A stretch of 64,000 nucleotides of DNA from positions 464,313 to 528,312 of the forward strand of contig CAVTEG010000015.1 in NCBI GenBank assembly GCA_963733815.1, given 5' to 3'. Position numbers and translations under genes: made by a program. Below, one piece after another: positions 29,629 to 41,843 of the stretch. The DNA comes from an uncultured Acidobacteriota bacterium. Lineage in GTDB: Bacteria > Acidobacteriota > Thermoanaerobaculia > UBA5066 > Gp7-AA6. Each line of letters starts with the position of its first letter. The stretch's first letter is position 1. The notes under the pieces were generated by a model, which made no database searches, was not told where the DNA came from, and saw only the letters and a list, made by a program, of their open reading frames with translations.

Positions 29629-31788
29629 GCGCGACGCGGCGGGAGTTCCTGAAGCTATCCGGTCTGGCCGGGCGGGCCTCGTCGTGCGCTGCCGTTTCTC
29701 GCGGTGCCGCTGCCGTCCGGCGCGCGAGGAGCGGAGCCCTTCGCGCCAAACCAGTGGGTGCGCGTGGGAACGGACGGGAGGGTGACGCTCGTCGTCGCCC
29801 GCACGGAAATGGGACAGGGAGTTCGCACGGCGCTCTCCATGATCCTGGCCGACGAGCTCGAGGCCGACTGGGCTTCGGTCTCGGTCGAGCAGGCCTCACC
29901 GGGTCCCAATACACCGACATGAACACCGGAGGCAGCGACAGTGTCGAGGATTCCTGGATGCCGCTGCGCAAAGCGGCGGCGTCGGCTCGAACGATGCTGG
30001 TCGCCGCGGCCGCGCGAGTTGGAACGTCCTGGTCGAGAGCTCCGGCGCCGAGCGCGGATCGGTCGTCGACGCGCCGACGGGCCGCCGGCTCTCCTACGCA
30101 AGCCTGGCGTCGCCGCGGCCAACCCGCGGTCCCGAAGGAACCGGCGCTGAAGGATCCGAAGGAATTCCGCATCGTGGGCAACGGCCGTCAGGCGGTGGAC
30201 GGCCCGGCCATCGTGACCGGGAAGGCGCGGTACGGTCTCGATACCCGCGTGCCCGGAATGCTGTTCGCGGCCGTGGCGCGCTGCCCGGTCGCCGGAGGGA
30301 AGCTCGCGCGCTTCGACGCCGCGAAGGCGCGCGCGGTGCCTGGCGTCGTTCGGGTGGTCGAGATCTCGACGGGCGTGGCCGTCGTGGCGCGCGAGCACGT
30401 GGTCCGCGCTGTCGGGCCGCGAAGCGCTCGGCGTCGCCTGGAACGAGGGGAGGAACGCGGGCTTGACGACCGCGGAGCTCGTGGCGGCGCATCGACGCCG
30501 CCGCCGACGAGCCGGAAGCCCCACGGTCACGCCGCGAAGGGGACGCGGAGGGCGCTCGCCGGGGCGGCGGTCCGGATATCGGCCACGTACCGCGACGACT
30601 TCCAGGCGCATGCGTCGGTCGAGCCGCAGAACGCGATCGCGCAGGTCTCCAACGGCGCGTGCGAGATCGGGCTCCGACGCAGAATCCGCAGCGCGTCCAG
30701 CGCGAGGCGGCAAGGCTCTCGGCATCCCGCCGGAGAAGGTGACCGTGCACGTCACGCTCGTCGGCGGTGGATTCGGCCGGCGCCTCGGCGCGGACTACGC
30801 GGTCGAGGCCGCGGACGTGGCCCGGGCCGCCGGGCGCGCCCGTGCAGGTGGTCTGGTCCCGCAAGGACGACTTTTCGAGCACGACTGGCTGCATCCGGCC
30901 GGGCGCGCGGATCTCGAAGCGGGGCTCGACGGGTCGGGTCGGATCATGGCCTGGAAGCACCGATTCGCCTGCTTTCACCTCTCGATGTTCGGGGCCTTCG
31001 ATCCCGAGCGCGTCGACCGGGCCGGACGTGGATCCCTGGGGCGGCTACGACACTCCCTACGCCGTGCCGAACCTGCTCGCCGAATGGACGCCGGTCGAGT
31101 CGCCGATCCGCACCGGGGCCTGGCGCGCCGTGGAGTACCCGGCCAACGTCTTCGCGCGCGAGTCCTTCCTGGACGAGATCGCCCATCGCGCCGGGCAGCG
31201 ATCCGCTCGAACTGCGGCGCGAGCTGCTCGACGGGACGCCTTTCCCTGGGCCTCGGGGCAGCTGTGACCGCTCGCGGCTCGCGGCCGTGCTCGATCTGGC
31301 CGCATCGAGAGGCAGGGTGGTGCAAGCCTCGTTCCCGTCGGCGGGCCGGCGTTCGGGCCGCGGGATCGCGTGCAACGTCTACCACGGCCGCACGCTGCTC
31401 GCGCACGTGGCGGAGGTCTCGGTCGGCGCCGGGCGGGGACGTGCGCGTGCACCGCATCGTGACGGCCGCCGATTGCGGGCAGGTCGTCAATCCTCTGGGC
31501 ATTCAGGGGCAGGTCGAAAGCGGCGTGGCATGGGGGCTCTCCTACGCGCTCAAGGGAGGGATCGCGATCGAAAACGGCCGCGTCGCGGCGGGCAGCTTCC
31601 GGGACTTCCCGGTGCTCGGCATCGCCGAGATGCCGCAGGTCGAGGTCCACACCGTGCCGGGCTCGAATCGCCCGACCGGCTTCGGCGAGCAGCCCGTCCC
31701 GCCCGTCGCTCCCGCCGTCGCCAACGCGATCTTCGCCGCGACCGGCCGCGTCCGCTCGCTCCCGATCCGGCCGGACGACTTGAAGTAG
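29625..31788 (+). pseudogene. molybdopterin-binding large subunit (IorB-like) with Tat signal, multiple frameshifts
   Basis: The Tat motif [16 protein letters not shown] starts at ATG 29625. Fragments ([99 protein letters not shown]) lie in different frames. The C-terminal third is intact in ORF 30463..31788 ([23 protein letters not shown]). Confidence 0.75.
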
Positions 31789-31810
31789 ATTGGTCCTCGG
31801 AGGTCGAGGC

Positions 31811-32317
31811 ATGGACAACGTGAATGCCTCCGCCTTTTTCGACTACTGGGAGAAGGTGCGGGGCCGCACGAACCGCGTCGCCGACTGCATTCCCGAGAAC
31901 CGGCTCGAGTGGACGTGGCAACCCGGCAAGTTCACGCTGGGCGACATCCTCCGGCATCTCGCCGGCATCGAGCGCGACATGTACGCCGAGAACGCGCAGT
32001 TGAGGCCGTCGCGCTACCGCGGCCACGGCTGTGAGCTCGCCGAGGGCTTGCCGGCCGTACGCGCGTACCTCGATCGCGCGCATGCCGAGTCGATGGCGAT
32101 CTTCCGCTCCCTCTCGGACAAGGACCTCGAAACGAAGTGCGAAACGCCGGGCGGCGCGAAGATCTCGGTCAAGAAGTGGCTTCGCCTGATGGCGGAGCAC
32201 GAGATCCATCATCGGGGCCAGCTCTACATGGCCCTCGGGATCCTCGGCGTCGCCACGCCGCCGATTTACGGGTTGACGTCCGAAGAGGTGCGCGCGCGGA
32301 GCGTGCCGCCGGCCTAG
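31811..32317 (+). CDS. DinB-family (DinB_2) metal-dependent four-helix-bundle protein
   Basis: ATG 31811 lies in the frame of ORF 31790..32317. His triad context: [11 protein letters not shown] ... [12 protein letters not shown]. Confidence 0.85.
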   Translation: MDNVNASAFFDYWEKVRGRTNRVADCIPENRLEWTWQPGKFTLGDILRHLAGIERDMYAENAQLRPSRYRGHGCELAEGLPAVRAYLDRAHAESMAIFRSLSDKDLETKCETPGGAKISVKKWLRLMAEHEIHHRGQLYMALGILGVATPPIYGLTSEEVRARSVPPA

Positions 32318-32353
32318 CCGTCGCGAGCGCTTACAGCGTGTCCTTCGCGATCT

Positions 32354-32818
32354 CTAAGGGGCCCGTCTCCACGTCCATTCCTCGGAGGCGGGCTTTCCTC
32401 CCTGGGTGCCTTCGATCTTCGCGTGGAGCGCGCCGTCGTCGGTCAGCCAGTAGAGGATCCGTGTCGGAAAATCGTGGGCCGGGTTCTCGAACACGACACC
32501 CCTTCCCTCGGATTTCGCGAGGCGAAACGGCGTCGCCGGCCGGCCTTCCGGGCTCGCCCAGTAGGTGATCCCGTCGGCGGCGACTTCGATCCGCAGGAAC
32601 TCGAAGCTCTGCGTCCGTCCTCCGGCGACGTCGCGGTGGAGGCCGAGCATCGACTCTCCCTTCGGCGCCGTCCAGATCTCCTCCATCTCGATTCCGCCCT
32701 GCGTTCCCGTCCACGTGCCGGCCATCCAGGCGAGGCCGTCGAGCCCGGGACCCGCGACTGCCGCCGCCCCTTCGAGAATCCACACCAGCGCCGCCGTTCT
32801 CAGAATCCGCCGCATCAT
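32354..32818 (-). CDS. small secreted protein of unknown function
   Basis: The last 154 codons of ORF 32354..33187 run from ATG 32818. The signal peptide is MMRRILRTAALVWILEGAAAVA. Coherent non-repetitive sequence includes FENPAHDFPTRILYW. The start overlaps the upstream araC-like stop. Confidence 0.6.
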   Translation of the reverse strand: MMRRILRTAALVWILEGAAAVAGPGLDGLAWMAGTWTGTQGGIEMEEIWTAPKGESMLGLHRDVAGGRTQSFEFLRIEVAADGITYWASPEGRPATPFRLAKSEGRGVVFENPAHDFPTRILYWLTDDGALHAKIEGTQGGKPASEEWTWRRAP

Positions 32819-33719
32819 CGCTGACCTCCTTCTCGCGAGGCAGACGGTAGAGGAGGCGCGGCGCCGGCGTCTTGAAGGAATGCGACGCCGGAGACGAGCA
32901 TACGGTCGAGTCGCTCGGGATCCACGAAGCGCGGCGCGAGGTCGCCGCGAGAGGTGTCGAGGCCCGCGGGGGATTCGCCCGCGAACTCCTGGAACTCGCG
33001 GATCAGATGCGCCTGGTCGGCGTAGCCGCACTCGGCGGCGAGCTGTGCCCAGCGCGGCCGGCCGCGGGCCGAGCGCCGCAGAACGTTCTGGAACCGCGCC
33101 AGGCGCGCCAGCGTCTTGGGGGAGACGCCGACCGCCTCGGAAAGGCGCGCTCGAGCTGCCGCCGGCTCTTCCCGATCCGTCCGGCAACCTCCGCGATCGA
33201 GACGGCGCCCCGGCCGCCGAGAATCAGCGCCACGGCCGCATCGACCCCGCGCCGCGCCGCGCGTTCCGGCCGAGCGCGCGCCAGGAGAAAACGCTCGATC
33301 GTCGCGCGCCGCGGTACCGAATCCGTCGCCTCCCGCACCTGGTCCTCGACGCGGCGCCCGTCGGCGTTCCAGAGGTCCTCGGTCGCGACCGCGACGTCCC
33401 TCAGCGCGGAGACGGGCAGCGGGAGGAAGACCGAAACGCCGCCGGGCCGAAACCGCACGCCGAACGTCGATACGGGCCCGGTCGTTTCGATCGCAAACGG
33501 TCCCGTCGTCGTGCCGACCACGAAGCTCGGAGGCTGATCCGCGAGCCCTTCGCCTGTGACACTCCGATAGGGCGCCTCGAGGTGGAAGATCCACTCGGGG
33601 CATCCGTCCGGCAGGACGGTTTCATGCACGCCGGCCTCCGCGCCGGAGTCCGCGGCGCTCCAGAAGCACTCGACCCACGCAGACAGCGCCGGATCCGGCG
33701 ACCATTCGCGGTATTTCAT
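32815..33719 (-). pseudogene. AraC-family transcriptional regulator, single frameshift at an A/T homopolymer (about 33141-33143)
   Basis: The N-terminal domain from ATG 33719 (MKYREWSPDPALSAWVECFW...) lies in the frame of ORF 33003..34421 up to ...GKSRRQLERAF. The HTH continues in the frame of ORF 32815..33603 as SEAVGVSPKTLARLARFQNVL...AECGYADQAHLIREF. Confidence 0.7.
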
Positions 33720-35054
33720 GCGGCGGCCGGCATCGGAAGGAAGAGCCGGGCGATGGAGCCCTTGTGCCCGCGCCGGTTCTCCAGCGTCAGGCTGCCGCCG
33801 TGCGCCTCGGCGATCTGGCGGCTGAGCACGAGGCCGATGCCCGAGCCGCCCGGCTTCGTGGTGAAGAACGGCACGAAGAGGTTGCGTCGTTCGGCAGCCC
33901 GGGTCCCTCGTCGTCGACCCAGAGCTCGAGCGTCGCGGTCGCGCCCGCGCTTCCAGCCGATCGCCACCGCCGCCGCCCGTCTCGAGCGCCGCGTCGACGG
34001 CGTTGCGCACCAGGTTGATCAGCAGCTGCTCGAGCTGATCGGCGTCGGCGCTGCACGCAGCGCCGGGCCGCCGGCGACGCGGACCGGCAGGCGCGTCTCG
34101 AGCGCCGCGACGCGACGCACGAGCGCGCCGACGTCGACGGGCCGGCGCGCGGCGGCGGCAGCTTGGCGAGCCGCGCGTACGCCGTCGTGAACGCGGCTGA
34201 GCGACTCCGACGCGCGCGGCGATCACCGCGAGGCCGCGCCGCATGTCCTCGCGCCAGTCGCGCCGGCAGCGGCTCGCGCTCGACGATGGTCTGCGAGGCT
34301 GCCCGCGATCGACTTGATCGGCGCGAGCGAGTTGTTGATCTCGTGCCCGATGCACGCGAATCAGCCGCTGCCACGCCTGGCGCTCCTCCTCGCGCAGCGG
34401 GCGGCTGACGTCGGCGAGCACGAGCAGCTGGTGCGGCCGGCCGCCCTGGCGGAAGTCGCTGCGCCGGACTTCCCAGCGCCCGACGCCGCCGGGAAAGGCG
34501 GCGTCGATCGACGCGCGGCGAGCCCGGCCAGAGCACGCGGCCGAGCCCGAGCTCGTCGGCGCTGCGGCCGAGCAGTCGCTCGGCGGGCTGGCCGAGCAGC
34601 CGCTCGCCGGCGCGGTTGACGAGCTTGCAGCGTCCGTGCCGCGTCGAAGGTGAACACCGCGACGTCGATCTCCGCCATCACCTTGCGCAGCAGCGCGGTC
34701 GCTTCGAGCGCGCCGAGCCGCTGCGTCGCGCAGCGTCGTCGACGAGCGCGTTGACCTCGAGCATCACCTCGCCGAGCGGGTCGTCCGCCGCGGGCGCCGC
34801 GCGCCCGGATCGAGAAGTCTCCCTCGCCGAGCGCCGCCAGCAGGTTCGAGAGCGTCTGCAGCGGCAGCACGACGCGCTCGCGGAGCGCGAAGCGCGAAGC
34901 CGAGGCAGAGCGCCGACGATCACGGACCGTGAGCGTCCACTGCACCTTGGCGTGTAGTCGCCGGTCCAGAGGAGGATGAGCGCGACGAGCGCGCCGGCAG
35001 CGCCGCCGCCAGCGCCATCAGCAGGATGCGCCGGTCGTGCGTGAGCCGCGGCAT
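33716..35054 (-). pseudogene. sensor histidine kinase (2 TM with a very short loop, HAMP, PAS-like, HisKA, HATPase_c), multiple frameshifts
   Basis: It starts at ATG 35054 (MPRLTHDRRILLMALAAALPALVALILLW). HAMP: VLPLQTLSNLLAALGEGDFS. H-box: IGHEINNSLAPIKSIAGSL (about 34300-34350). N-box: LEQLLINLVRNAVDA. G-boxes: VDDEGPGLP and FVPFFTTKPGGSGIGL. The pieces are spread over three frames. The stop overlaps the araC-like ATG (ATGA at 33716-33719). Confidence 0.7.
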
Positions 35055-35103
35055 CGCGAGCGGCCTCGACGGTCGACGAGAGGGCAGATGCTCGCGGTGC
35101 TCG

Positions 35104-36533
<1,430 letters not shown>

Positions 36534-36561
36534 GGCTCGATTGCCCCGCGGCGGGGGAGGC

Positions 36562-36969
36562 TCACCGCGGCTTGAAGTCGAGCGCCGCGGAGTTCATGCA
36601 GTAGCGCAGGCCCTCGGGAGCCGGTCCGTCGTCGAACACGTGGCCCAGGTGCGAGTCGCAGCGGCGGCACAGAACCTCGGTGCGGGACATATAGAGACTG
36701 GCGTCCTCCCGGGTCTTCACGCTCGCGCCGGCGGCAGGCATGGAGAAGCTGGGCCAGCCGGTGCCCGACTCGAACTTCGCGCGCGAGTCGAAGAGCGGAT
36801 TGCCGCACGCGGCGCACGAGTACGTGCCGTCGGCGTGATGGTTCCAGTACTTTCCGGTGAAGGCGCGTTCGGTTCCCTTTTCGCGGAGGATGCGGTACTG
36901 CTCGGGCGAAAGGGAGTCCTTCCACTCCTTCTCGGTCTTCTCGATGCGGCCGGCGGGGTCCTCGACCAC
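36562..36969 (-). CDS. msrB: peptide-methionine (R)-S-oxide reductase
   Basis: ORF 36562..36969 (GTG start). It has the SelR/MsrB motifs YSCAACGNPLF, GWPSF, CRRCDSHLGHVFDDGP and RYCMNS. Confidence 0.9.
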   Translation of the reverse strand: MVEDPAGRIEKTEKEWKDSLSPEQYRILREKGTERAFTGKYWNHHADGTYSCAACGNPLFDSRAKFESGTGWPSFSMPAAGASVKTREDASLYMSRTEVLCRRCDSHLGHVFDDGPAPEGLRYCMNSAALDFKPR

Positions 36970-36987
36970 GGGCCGAATCTACCACCG

Positions 36988-37012
36988 GAGCGTTCGGCCT
37001 TCGCGAACGCTC
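36988..37012 (-). other. perfect 9-bp stem-loop overlapping the ADOP-2 stop codon (RNA 3'-end, processing or attenuation element?)
   Basis: Plus strand gagcgttcg (36988-36996), loop gccttcg, cgaacgctc (37004-37012). It lies between the last ADOP gene and msrB. No U-tract follows. Confidence 0.35.
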
Positions 37013-39473
37013 ACTCCGACCGCAGCGCCTGGATCGGGTCCAGCCGGCTGGCGCCGCGCGCCGGGAGGTAGCTGGCGAGGAGCGCCACGGCGGTCAGGAG
37101 CGCGGCGATCCCCCCGAAGGTCAGCGGGTCGCGCGGGGAGACGTCGTAGAGAAGTGCCGACAGTGCCCCGGTCAGGAGAAACGCCCCGGCGAGGCCGATG
37201 CCGACCCCGGCCAGCGCCAGGCGCGCTCCCTGCGTCAGCAGGAGCCGCTGCACGTCGCCGGGCCGGGCGCCCAGAGCCATCCGGATCCCGATCTCGTGCC
37301 GTCGCTGCGCGACGCTGAAGGCGATGACGCCGTAGACGCCGATGGCCGAGAGCAGCGTGGCGGTCACGGCGAAGAGAAGGAGTAGATCCATGGCGAAGCG
37401 CCGCTGGCTCACGGTCTCGGCCATGGCCGCGTCCATCGAGCGCACGCCGTAGAGCGGCAACTCGGGATCGGCCGCGTGGACTTCCCGGGCGATGGCGGAT
37501 CCCAGCGCCGCCGGTGCGCCCGAACCGCGGACCAGCAGCGTCATGCTGAGGCTGGCGGCCTGGAGCATCGGCCGGTAGAGCGTAGGACGATCCGTGGTGT
37601 CGAGCGCCTCCGTCTTGACGTCGCGCACGACTCCCACGATCGGCATCCAGGGTCCGAAGCCGTTGCGGCCGGGCTGGCGGATCCTTCGGCCCACCGCGTC
37701 CTCGCCCGGGAAGAATTGCCGCGCGAAGGACTGGCTGACGATCACCACGGGCGCCGCCTGCTCGTCGTCCGCGTCCGTGAACAGCCGGCCCTGGACCAGG
37801 GGGATTCCGAGAGCGCGGAAGTATTCGGTCGAGACGCGGTTCAATTCGGCTCCGCCGGCGCCTCCGCGATCCGGATCGCGTCCCTCGATCTGAAACGCGA
37901 GATCGGCCCGGCTTCGGCCGAAGGGCACGCGCGTCGCGGCGGCGGCGTGTTCGACGCCCGGGATCGCGGCGACGCGATCGAGGATCCTCCGGAAGAGAAC
38001 CACCTGGGCCTCGTTCTTGAAGTATCGACCGTCCTCGGGAATGTTGGGCTGCGGCAGCCAGAGGCTGGCGGTCGTGACGCCGTTGGGATCGAAGCCGGGG
38101 TCGACCCGCTGCAGCCGCCAGAGTGTGCGCACCAGAAGGCCCGCGGCCACCAGGAGCACGAGCGCGAGCGCGAACTCGGCGACCACCAGGACCGAGCGCA
38201 GCCGGCGCCCTCGCCGCCCGGTCGAGCCTCGGGCGCTGTCCTGAAGCGACTCGGAGAGCGCGGGGGTCGAGGCCTGGAGCGCCGGAAGCGTTCCGAAGAG
38301 AAGCCCCGTGACGATCGACGCCCCGAGGGCGAAGAGGAGGACCCGAGTATCGGGCCCCGCTTCGGCCAGCCCTGGAATGTTCGTCGGGGACATGCGGACC
38401 AGGATCTGCACCCCCCAGGAAGACAGTGCCAGGCCCAGCGCCCCGCCGACGAGCGAGAGGACCAGGCTCTCGGTCAGAAGCTGACGCACCAGCCGGAATC
38501 GGCGGGCGCCCATCGCCTGACGGATGGCAATCTCCTTGCGGCGGACCGATGCCCGGGCGAGCAGCAGGTTGGCCACGTTGGCGCATGCGATGAGCAGAAC
38601 GAAGCCGACCGCCGCCATCAGAACCATCAACGCCGGGCGAACGTTGCCGACGAGATCGGTCTGCAGCGGGATCACGCGGGCCCGCCACTCGTCTCGCGGC
38701 GGATAACTGTCGGGATACTGGCGCCGCAGCTCTTCGGTGAAGACGTCGAGCTTCTTCTGCGCGATCTCGGGAGTGAGCCCCGGCGCCAGGCGCGCCAGGC
38801 CCCCCTGCAGGAAGTAGGCGCCGCGGTTTTGTCCGCGGAACGGAGACGTCAGCCATCCGGCCGGCGCCCAGATCTCCACGTCTGTCTCGATGCTCTGGCC
38901 GGGATGGCGGAACCCCGGAGGAGCCACTCCGGCGATCGTGTACACGTCGTCGTCGAGGCGCAGCGTCTTGCCCACGACGTGGGGATCGGCCCCGTAGTGA
39001 CGGCGCCACCAGCCGTCGCTGATCACGGCGATCTCGGCGATGCCGGTCCGATAGTCCGACGCGTCGAAGAACCGGCCGACCTCGGGCTTGACCCCCAGCA
39101 TCGAGAAGTACCCCGTGTCCACCAGCAGGACCTCGGCGCGCTCCGGACGGTCGCCGCCGGTGATGTTGGCGTTGATCGGGTAGAGGCCGGAGATCGCCTG
39201 GAAGATCCCGGAGCGGTCGCGGTAGTCGAAGAGCTCCGGCGCCGAGAGGCCGACGTCCGACAGCGACTGTCCTTTCAAGTCCCCGGTGACGCGCACGAGC
39301 TCTTCGGGGTGCGGAAAGGGCAGAGGCTTGAGCAGAACGGCGTTGACCACCGAAAAGATGGCCGCGTTGGCGCCGATGCCGAGCGCGAGCGTGGCGACGG
39401 CGATGGCCGTGAAGCCGGGACTGCGCGCCAGCATTCGGACGGCGTAGCGGATGTCCTGCGAGAGTGTGGTCAC
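37011..39473 (-). CDS. ADOP-family permease, copy 2 (duplicated FtsX/MacB-type, intact)
   Basis: ORF 37011..39473, GTG start. N-term [42 protein letters not shown]. FtsX modules [31 protein letters not shown] and [24 protein letters not shown]-term LDPIQALRSE. Confidence 0.9.
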   Translation of the reverse strand: MTTLSQDIRYAVRMLARSPGFTAIAVATLALGIGANAAIFSVVNAVLLKPLPFPHPEELVRVTGDLKGQSLSDVGLSAPELFDYRDRSGIFQAISGLYPINANITGGDRPERAEVLLVDTGYFSMLGVKPEVGRFFDASDYRTGIAEIAVISDGWWRRHYGADPHVVGKTLRLDDDVYTIAGVAPPGFRHPGQSIETDVEIWAPAGWLTSPFRGQNRGAYFLQGGLARLAPGLTPEIAQKKLDVFTEELRRQYPDSYPPRDEWRARVIPLQTDLVGNVRPALMVLMAAVGFVLLIACANVANLLLARASVRRKEIAIRQAMGARRFRLVRQLLTESLVLSLVGGALGLALSSWGVQILVRMSPTNIPGLAEAGPDTRVLLFALGASIVTGLLFGTLPALQASTPALSESLQDSARGSTGRRGRRLRSVLVVAEFALALVLLVAAGLLVRTLWRLQRVDPGFDPNGVTTASLWLPQPNIPEDGRYFKNEAQVVLFRRILDRVAAIPGVEHAAAATRVPFGRSRADLAFQIEGRDPDRGGAGGAELNRVSTEYFRALGIPLVQGRLFTDADDEQAAPVVIVSQSFARQFFPGEDAVGRRIRQPGRNGFGPWMPIVGVVRDVKTEALDTTDRPTLYRPMLQAASLSMTLLVRGSGAPAALGSAIAREVHAADPELPLYGVRSMDAAMAETVSQRRFAMDLLLLFAVTATLLSAIGVYGVIAFSVAQRRHEIGIRMALGARPGDVQRLLLTQGARLALAGVGIGLAGAFLLTGALSALLYDVSPRDPLTFGGIAALLTAVALLASYLPARGASRLDPIQALRSE

Positions 39474-39489
39474 GATGGCCTCCTCGTCA
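39355..39489. repeat. junction repeat A (5' end of ADOP-2 + spacer + stop of ADOP-3), about 93% identical to 41700-41843
   Basis: Hand alignment of aagatggccgcgttggcgccgatgcc...cattcggacggcgtagcggatgtcctgcgagagtgtggtcacgatggcctcctcgtcattcg with the 41.7 kb copy gives about 9 substitutions and 1 indel over about 135 nt. Confidence 0.7.
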
Positions 39490-41818
39490 TTCGGTGCGTA
39501 GGGCTGGATCGGATCGTTCGCGCGCGCGCGCGCGGGTGAGGCTCGCGGCGACGGCGACGGCCAGGATGAGCGCGATGCCGCGGACAGGGCCAGCGGATCC
39601 TGCGGCCGGACTCGGAAGAGCTGGCTCTCGAGGAGCGGGCCGAGCAGAAGCGAGCGAAGACTCCCAGCGCGATGCGGCGGCCGTCAGGGAGAGCGCGCGG
39701 GCTGAGATGAGCCCGCGCGATCGTGAATCGGTCGGCGCCGAGCGCGATGCGGATTCGATCTCCCGCGTCGGTCGCCGACGAGCGCCGAGACGACGCCGAA
39801 GATCCGATCGCGGTCAAAACGGTCGCCAGGGCCGCGAAGACCGAGAGAAGGCCGGCGAGGAAGCGGCGGCCGGCGGCGGACGCCGCGATAATCGGGGCAT
39901 CGTCGCGACTTTCATGACGGGCTGGTTCGGATCGACCGAGGCGATCGCGGCCCGCGTGGCGGAGGCGAGCGACGCGGATCGGCGGCCCGCACGACGAGCA
40001 CATTCCCGCGTCCACCACTGGGCGCGGGGCAGGTAGATCTGAGGCGTGGGAGGGCGTCGAGGCCGTCGTGTCGAACGTGCCGGCGACGCCGACGACGGTG
40101 CGCAGGGGCCGTCGTTTCCCCGACGCGCACGCGCTTGCCGATCGGGTCTCATCGGCGCAGATCGTCGCGCGAGAGTCTCGTTGACGAGGACGACGGGCGC
40201 GCCTCCGGTCGTCGGCGGCCGTGAACGCGGCCCTCCGCACGGGAATTCCATCGTGGCCATGTAGTCGGGGCTGACGGCGTAGCGGTCGGCGTAGGGTCGC
40301 TCCGGATTGACGTTCGGCCGGTCTCGGCATGGACGCGTAGCGTCGCGGTTTCCTCCAGCGGCAGCTGGCTGACGAGCCGGCGCGTGACGCCGGCAGCGCG
40401 CGACGCGCTCGAGGACGCGATCGTAGAAGGCGCGCACGCCTCGTCTTCTCGTAGGCGTCGCCGAAACGTCGATCTCTATCGTCAGCAGGCCTTCGGCGCG
40501 AAACCGGATCGACGTTCAGAAGACGCGCGGTGCTCGGACCAGCAGCATCGCGCGCAGAGCAGCATGAGGGCGAGGCCGACATCGAACACGACGAGGGCGC
40601 CGAAACTCGCCGCGATTGGCGACCTCGCGGTTACCCCCGACGCCCGCGCAGGACGGGTTCGGGATCGAGGCGCGCGAGCGCAGGGCCGGGACGATTCGAA
40701 CAGCAGGCCGTCAGGAGGGAGGCGCGAGCGTGTAGACGAGGACGCCTCGTCGAGCTGCACGGACGCGATTCGCGGCAGGTTGCGGCGGCGAGCAGAGTGG
40801 CTGGAGCAGTCAGGCTCGCGCGAGAAGCCAGGGAGCCTCCGGCGAGTGCGATGACGAGGGCCTCGACGAGACAGAGCGGGCGATGCGCGCGCGCGAGGCG
40901 CGAGGGCCGTCGGACGGCGATCTCTTGCGCGGCGCGTGGCGCGGGAGAGCAGGAGGCTTCGACGTTGGCGCAGCGATGAGAAGGACGAGGCTGACGCGCG
41001 AGCAGCGTGCAGGGCGGCCGCGTGGCGGTGAGCGCTTGGGAACGAAGTACGAGGGAGCAGCGGGCGCGCGTAGGAAGAGGGATGCTCGGACGAGCCTCTG
41101 CGAGAGGGCGTTATGTGGCGCGCGCTGCGCGAGCGAGACGCGGGCCTAGGGCGACGAACGCGAAGGTGGGCAATCGCGGCAGGCCTGGGGGAGGGTGTGT
41201 TGTAGCAGAGCGGCGCGAAGATCTCGGCGGGTGCGCGAGATGAAGAGAACACGGACTCGAAGTGGGAGGGCGAGACGCGGGCACGAGGTAGGACGTGTCG
41301 AGGCGGATCGTTTTCACGGCAGCGAGGGGTCGGCGCGAATCGGCAGCGCAGAGCTGTCGATAGGAGGACGAGTACGAACCGATTGTCGCGGAGAGCCTCC
41401 GACGCAAGGAAGTTCGCCGAGAGCCGGGCGCGCTTGAGAAGGCGGAAGAACCTGTCGCTGACGCGGATCTCTTCGATCCGCTCAGCGGGGACTCCGGCCT
41501 CCGCCGAGAGCTTGGGCGCTCAGTACGAGACGACGGCGATATCCTCGAAGGAGCGGTTTATCTCCCGCTAGTCGACGTAGGTCGCATAGCCGGTGTTGTC
41601 CGGGTTCTGGTTCTGATCGCGCTTTCTTGAGCGTTTTCACTAGGGCTCTGAGGCTGTTGGAATGGGAGAGGCCGCAGTTAGGATTTCGCGGACGACCGAG
41701 AAGATGGCCGTGTTGGCGCCGATGCCCAGGCGAGCGTGGCGACGGCGATGGCGGCGAAACCGGGACTGCGCACCAGCATTCGGACGGCGTAGCGGATGTC
41801 CTGCGAGAGAGTGGTCAC
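39487..41818 (-). pseudogene. ADOP-family permease, copy 3, decayed (nonsense codons and many frameshifts)
   Basis: GTG 41818 starts [29 protein letters not shown]. In-frame TAG (41568-41570) sits where paralogs have Trp (YVD*REINRSFEDIAVVSY*), and TGA lies at 41520-41522. Middle and C-terminal pieces (LVLLIA.ANV, EIAVR, FGALVVFDVGLALMLL, SPDYMATMEF, VVLVNETLARR, PQIYLPRAQ, RRFLAGLLSVFAALATVLTAIG, IRIALGA) are spread over three frames. The C-term DPIQ(A)LRTE-TGA at 39487 needs one inserted base. Confidence 0.75.
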
Positions 41819-41843
41819 GACGGCCTCCTGGTCATCCCGGTCA
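41700..41843. repeat. junction repeat B (5' end of ADOP-3 + spacer + stop of ADOP-4), with a 9-nt tandem duplication
   Basis: This is the counterpart of 39355-39489. The spacer carries ggtcatccc/ggtcattcg (41830-41847), a near-duplicate absent from copy A. Confidence 0.7.
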
